A stretch of 32,000 bases of DNA from Dickeya dadantii NCPPB 898. Lineage in GTDB: Bacteria > Pseudomonadota > Gammaproteobacteria > Enterobacterales > Enterobacteriaceae. This document shows positions 27,863 through 32,000 of the stretch, piece by piece. The translations under genes and the position numbers were made by a program. The first letter of the stretch is position 1. Each line of letters begins with the position of its first letter. The notes below the pieces were generated by a model. It saw nothing but the letters and a program-made list of their open reading frames with translations, made no database searches and was not told the DNA's origin. The stretch is from the NCBI RefSeq assembly GCF_000406145.1, contig NZ_CM001976.1:3071337-3103336 (forward strand). The letters run 5' to 3'.

Positions 27863-28852
27863 CTAAGGCGCAATAAAACCGTTGGCCCGATACCAGGAAA
27901 CGCACTCCTCCACCATCTGGCTTAAAGAGGAAGGCTTATAGCCCAGCTCACGCTCTGCCTTGGCGCTGCTAAAGTAATAAACCCCTCCGAAGACACGCAG
28001 ACGATAGGCATCCAGCACCGGTTCGCCGCGCACCAACCAGGGCAACTTTTCCTGAAGCAGGGTTTTCAGATAGAAAGACGGATAATGGGTCTTGGGCCGT
28101 TCCGCCTTGCACGGCACGATTGATTCAATGGTGTTGATAAGCTCGCGATAGCGGACATTGGCGCCCGCAATCAGGTAGCGCTCGCCTGAGTGTCCTTTGG
28201 TTAAGGCGCTGACGTGCGCGTCACCGACATCGCCCGCGCCGCAAAAACTGGCGCCGCCCGGCGGCAGGAACGGCAGCTGGTTATAGTTCACCGCCAACAC
28301 CATGCGCCCCCACTGCATCGAATAGTCGTAGGCACCCAGCACTTCCGTCGGGTTCAGAATGACGGCGGACAAGCCGCGATCGCAGGCGCGGTACACCAGT
28401 TCCTCAGCGAGCAATTTGCTTTTGGCATAGGGGTTTTTCGCACGAAACCCCGCCAGCACGGTCTTTTCGGTCGCCTCGGCGGCGGGGTCGTTATGCGCCC
28501 CTATCGTCGAGCTGGTGCTGGTATACACCAGACGCGACACCCCGCACGCCAGCGCCGCCTCAATCACCGAGCGCGTCCCCTCAACATTGACCGCTTCCAG
28601 CAGCGGCCAGTCACGGGCGTTGCTGCTGGTATTGCCCGCGGTATGAATCACCCCGTCGTGCCCGGCCATCGCCGCTTGCAGGCGCTGGCTATCATGCAAT
28701 TCGCCGCGCACCAGGGTGACGTCGAACGATTCCAGAAAGCTCACGTTGGATGACGCTCGCACATACGCCGTAACCTGATGTCTGGCGGCGACCAAGGCTT
28801 TTATAACGTTAAGCCCAACAAATCCGTTTGCTCCGGTGATCAGTATTTTCAT
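27863..28852 (-). CDS. extended short-chain dehydrogenase/reductase, NAD(P)-dependent (epimerase / DFR-like fold, 329 aa)
   Basis: It has the Rossmann motif ILITGANGFVG and the catalytic YAKSK (YxxxK). An ATGA start/stop overlap links it to the PKS. Confidence 0.9.
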   Translation of the reverse strand: MKILITGANGFVGLNVIKALVAARHQVTAYVRASSNVSFLESFDVTLVRGELHDSQRLQAAMAGHDGVIHTAGNTSSNARDWPLLEAVNVEGTRSVIEAALACGVSRLVYTSTSSTIGAHNDPAAEATEKTVLAGFRAKNPYAKSKLLAEELVYRACDRGLSAVILNPTEVLGAYDYSMQWGRMVLAVNYNQLPFLPPGGASFCGAGDVGDAHVSALTKGHSGERYLIAGANVRYRELINTIESIVPCKAERPKTHYPSFYLKTLLQEKLPWLVRGEPVLDAYRLRVFGGVYYFSSAKAERELGYKPSSLSQMVEECVSWYRANGFIAP

Positions 28853-31800
28853 GGTGTTTGATCTTGCTGATTAAGTTTTTCAAGCGTTTTCAGGAAGGCC
28901 TTGCGCCCTTCCCCTTTGCTGCGCATAGGCAGCGCCGCCGGATTTTTATCCGGATGGTTGGCGACCCCTTCAAGCAGAATCACGAACTGCTCAAGCAGTT
29001 GATCCAGCTGCGCTATCTGGGTATCCATCCCCCGGCAGTCAAGGCGTAAAAGCACACTGTGCGCCTCAACGCTGACCACCAGCGCCACGTGCAGCCCAGG
29101 CTGAACTGCAAAGAGAGCAGAAACGGCCTGGTTCAAACCGGCCTCGTCGCCGTCAGTCAGCAAAGCAACCGCGCTATCAAACAGCGGCGCATCGCCAACC
29201 CAGCGCTCAATCCGCTCAAGCGTGGCCCCGGTATGGTCGAAACATTTTTCAAGCTGTGTTTCAACGTCTTTGAGCCAAAGCGCGGTCTTGTGACGCCCAA
29301 CCACCTGAACGCGCACGGGTATCATCTGAGGATGTTCATCATTAACCTGCCGAACCAGACCGAACTGGGAATGCCTGGCCCGCGCATGGCGATTGGTGAG
29401 AAGCGCCCAGCCAGCGGCCATCAGCGTCTCAACGGAGATCGCCTGACGCTGGGTACAGATTTGCAGGGCCGCCACCGTGTCCCGATCGATTCGCCGCTCC
29501 ACGGACAGCGTTTGCGGCGCAGACGCTTCGGCATCCTGAACCTCTGCGCCGCCAAGCAGCGCCGAAGCCATCAACGCGCCGGCCTCGTCTTGGGCGTGCG
29601 GTTCTTGGGCATGCAGTTGCTCAACCCAGAACGCCTGCAATTGCTCATCGTCTAGCGCTTCCACGTTGCGTTCATTCTGCAGGCCGGCAAACCATGCCTG
29701 CGGTACGGTAGGGGCTCCATCAGGAACCGGCAGCGCGGCGACTTCGTTGTGGCGCGTGTGCGGCGGCGGCGCGTCAAGGCGCAGCGCGGCGTAAAGATCG
29801 CAAGGTTCTTTCGCAAAGGGGTAGCCGGGGAAAGCCACGCGACGACGTAATGCCTCGTGGTGTAACAGGCCCCAGTCAATGTCGCAGCCATGCGTCCACA
29901 GTGTGGCGACTTTGGCGAGCTGCTGCGTTTGCACCAATACATGAATAAAGTGCTTACCCGCCTCGCCGGCGATCAACTGCGGGACATCTTTGGTTTCACG
30001 CACGTTGCCGTTATAAATATCCAGCTTGCTATGCTCAGAGGCCGGGCGAGCAATAAAGCATTCCAGTTTCGTCAGCAGATCATCCATGCTCGTCGCCACG
30101 ATGGCCAACCGATGATCAAGCGTGACACGCCCAATCTGGCTGGTGTAGGCCAGATCAGCGAGATGAAGCGCGCTTCCCTGCTGCGTAACAAAGTCACGCA
30201 TCTCGACGGCGTAAGCCGCCAGACGCTCCGCCCGGTGTGCCGACAGCACCACTATTTGCGGCCGGTTCTCGGCGTTATCCCTGACGACAGGTGTGTGATC
30301 ACGACTGCGCATGAGCGCCTCTTCAGGGGACTCAACCACCACAAATGCGGTAGAACCGCCCATGCCATAGGCGTTAATCCCCGCCAAACGCGTGCCTCTG
30401 GCATTGGTGCGCCATTCCTGCGCCTCGCGCGGGAACAGGAACACAGACGTCTCGTGTTCGAACGACGTATTGACGCGATCAAGGTTGACACAGGGCGACA
30501 GACGACCGTGCTGCATGCTCAACAGCACCTTAATCAATGAACAAACGCCCGATGCCGCTTCCATATGCCCAAGGTTGGCCTTGGTTCCCAACGCGCAAAA
30601 ATGTTGCGCGTGAGTGTGGCGACGCAGCGCGTTGGACAGCGCCTTCAGTTCAATCGGATCGCCCAACTCGGTCGCCGCACCGTGGCTTTCGATATAAGTC
30701 AGCTCGTTAACGTCGATACGCGCCTCGTCCAGCGCCCGAACGGCGGTTTCCTCCATCACGGCCAGATTCGGCAAATATTGCCCTGCCCCCGTGCCCGCAT
30801 GGCCGATGCTTGAACCGCGCAGCACGCCATAAATATGGTCGCCATCCGCCAGTGCGGCGCTCAGGCGCTTCAGTACCACCATGCCGCTGCCTTCGCTTGG
30901 AATCAGGCCATTGGCGCGCTCATCGAAGGTATGTTCCTTGCCGTCCGAAGAGAGCACGTTCATCTCCTGGAGCAGCATATATTTACTGGGGTGGAGGCTA
31001 AGGTTTATGCCGCCGGCGAGCGCCATATCACACTCACCACCGAGAATGGCCTTACGTGCGATGTGCACGCTCGTCAGCGATGAGGCACAGGTGGTGGCAA
31101 CGCTGAAACTCGGGCCGCGCAGATTCATCAGGAACGAAATGCGATTCGCCAGCTCACTGACGACAGAACCGGCCCCCGGATATCGACCCGTGCGGGCATA
31201 AAGTTCGGCCATGACCCAGGTGAAATCTTCATTCATCGCGCCGACATACACGCCCACTTGCTGAGACGTGAGCGCTGACGGGGTGTAACCGGCGTTCTCC
31301 AGGGCATGCCAGGCGGAACGCAGCAAAACACGCACCTGAGGATCGAGACGACTGGCTTCATCACTGCTCATGCGGAACATCTCAGGATCAAAGACATTCA
31401 CGTTGCTGAGGAAACCGCCGCGATTCACGTAACGCGGATTGCCGTTATCGTCCGGCGTGATAGCCCAACGCGCATTCGGGATGGTGGTCAGGTTCTCTTT
31501 GCCCGCCTGAATATCCGCCCAGAAATCCGCCAGATTCTCGGCGCCGGGGAACTCGCCCGCCACACCGATAATCGCCACGGCATCACTGGCGGCATTCACA
31601 CTGGCTGATAACGATGAGCGGGCAGCATGCAACCCCAAGGTATTCGTGGGCGCGTTAGGCATAGCCCGTTTGGCATAAGGCACGGCAGGCGCGTCGGCGT
31701 GATGGCTGTTCACCGTCTCTGCGGTAAGATGCGGCGGCGTCTCTGCCGGCACCTGCCGGCTCTCCTGCGTTGCGCCATAACGTTCGCACAGATACCCGGC

Positions 31801-31998
31801 CAGTTTGGCCGTGGTATTAAACTCAAACGGCGCCGTTTTCGGCAGCCCGTCATACTCTTTCTCAAGCACGGCGCGCAATTCCATCAGCATGATGGAATCC
31901 ATACCTAACTGCTCAAAGGTGGCATCCACGGCGATATCGCCGGCGGGAAGCTTGATGATGGCCGAAATACGCTCCCTCAGCGCGTTCTCGCTCTGCAT
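28849..31998 (-). CDS. trans-AT-type PKS: ACP-KS-flanking linker-orphan C-lobe (at least 1049 aa; the 5' end may be cut by the window edge)
   Basis: The ORF stays open to within 2 nt of the window end, so the ATG at 31998 may be internal. Motifs present: LGMDSIML (ACP); TTCASSL, ESHGAATELGDPIE, GTKANLGHMEAASG (KS Cys-His-His). No cis AT, KR, DH, ER or downstream ACP is present. Confidence 0.9.
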   Translation of the reverse strand: MQSENALRERISAIIKLPAGDIAVDATFEQLGMDSIMLMELRAVLEKEYDGLPKTAPFEFNTTAKLAGYLCERYGATQESRQVPAETPPHLTAETVNSHHADAPAVPYAKRAMPNAPTNTLGLHAARSSLSASVNAASDAVAIIGVAGEFPGAENLADFWADIQAGKENLTTIPNARWAITPDDNGNPRYVNRGGFLSNVNVFDPEMFRMSSDEASRLDPQVRVLLRSAWHALENAGYTPSALTSQQVGVYVGAMNEDFTWVMAELYARTGRYPGAGSVVSELANRISFLMNLRGPSFSVATTCASSLTSVHIARKAILGGECDMALAGGINLSLHPSKYMLLQEMNVLSSDGKEHTFDERANGLIPSEGSGMVVLKRLSAALADGDHIYGVLRGSSIGHAGTGAGQYLPNLAVMEETAVRALDEARIDVNELTYIESHGAATELGDPIELKALSNALRRHTHAQHFCALGTKANLGHMEAASGVCSLIKVLLSMQHGRLSPCVNLDRVNTSFEHETSVFLFPREAQEWRTNARGTRLAGINAYGMGGSTAFVVVESPEEALMRSRDHTPVVRDNAENRPQIVVLSAHRAERLAAYAVEMRDFVTQQGSALHLADLAYTSQIGRVTLDHRLAIVATSMDDLLTKLECFIARPASEHSKLDIYNGNVRETKDVPQLIAGEAGKHFIHVLVQTQQLAKVATLWTHGCDIDWGLLHHEALRRRVAFPGYPFAKEPCDLYAALRLDAPPPHTRHNEVAALPVPDGAPTVPQAWFAGLQNERNVEALDDEQLQAFWVEQLHAQEPHAQDEAGALMASALLGGAEVQDAEASAPQTLSVERRIDRDTVAALQICTQRQAISVETLMAAGWALLTNRHARARHSQFGLVRQVNDEHPQMIPVRVQVVGRHKTALWLKDVETQLEKCFDHTGATLERIERWVGDAPLFDSAVALLTDGDEAGLNQAVSALFAVQPGLHVALVVSVEAHSVLLRLDCRGMDTQIAQLDQLLEQFVILLEGVANHPDKNPAALPMRSKGEGRKAFLKTLEKLNQQDQTP
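28939..29646 (-). other. PKS C-terminal orphan C-lobe (half condensation domain, no HHxxxD)
   Basis: aa ~785-1020 start at QAFWVEQL (the YWxxxL position) and continue with LMAAGWALLTNRH, MIPVRVQV and PLFDSAVALL. No N-lobe precedes it, only a Pro-rich linker. Confidence 0.65.
29794..30267 (-). other. PKS post-KS flanking / AT-docking linker
   Basis: aa ~578-735: QIVVLSAHRAERL, LADLAYTSQIGR, LWTHGCDIDWGLL, RRVAFPGYPFAKE. This is typical of AT-less KS modules. Confidence 0.7.
30331..31584 (-). other. PKS domain: ketosynthase
   Basis: aa ~139-556 with C304, H439 and H478 present. The active-site context is ATTCASSL rather than the usual DTACSSSL. Confidence 0.9.
31765..31998 (-). other. PKS domain: N-terminal ACP
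   Basis: aa 1-78: DATFEQLGMDSIMLMELRAVL. Confidence 0.85.
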
Positions 31999-32000
31999 AT

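Overview
The window has three blocks. (1) 316-1717 (+) holds a complete lambda-type lysis cassette: a holin, a lambda R-like lytic transglycosylase and an overlapped Rz/Rz1 spanin pair. Very AT-rich DNA precedes it and no other recognisable phage gene follows it. (2) 1718-3375 is mostly non-coding. It contains one well-signalled 65-aa ORF with its own SD and rho-independent terminator, plus a cysT-leuZ-type tRNA pair (tRNA-Cys-GCA, tRNA-Leu-UAA) with a terminator, all on the minus strand. (3) 3376-31998 (-) carries twelve co-directional genes forming a hybrid trans-AT PKS / NRPS biosynthetic gene cluster that runs off the right edge. In transcription order these are: a PKS [ACP-KS-flanking linker-orphan C-lobe]; an extended-SDR reductase; an alpha-oxoamine synthase (BioF/SPT family); a free-standing ACP; a tandem AT-AT protein; NRPS-1 [orphan C-lobe-A(unknown)-PCP-C-A(Gly, interrupted by a luciferase-like monooxygenase)-PCP]; NRPS-2 [docking-C-A(Ser)-PCP]; and NRPS-3 [docking-C-A(Val)-PCP-C-TE]. 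A lower-GC tailoring/export block follows: a CYP153-like P450, an MBL-fold hydrolase, a MaoC hot-dog dehydratase and a MATE exporter. I saw no regulator, PPTase, MbtH, transposase, CRISPR array or rRNA. The most interesting signals are all inside the cluster: a monooxygenase-interrupted Gly module in the middle of the line, an ACP/oxoamine-synthase/SDR triad resembling sphingoid-base synthesis, a terminal PCP-C-TE, two catalytically dead C-lobe remnants, and near-identical docking pairs. The host is probably an enterobacterial plant-associated genus (Dickeya/Serratia/Pectobacterium-like). That guess rests on near-identity of the tRNAs to E. coli leuZ/cysT and on the lambda-like lysis genes. 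The gene order recalls, from memory only, the Dickeya sol (solanimycin) cluster. ORF coordinates follow the supplied track; hand-indexed non-ORF and domain coordinates may be off by a few nt.
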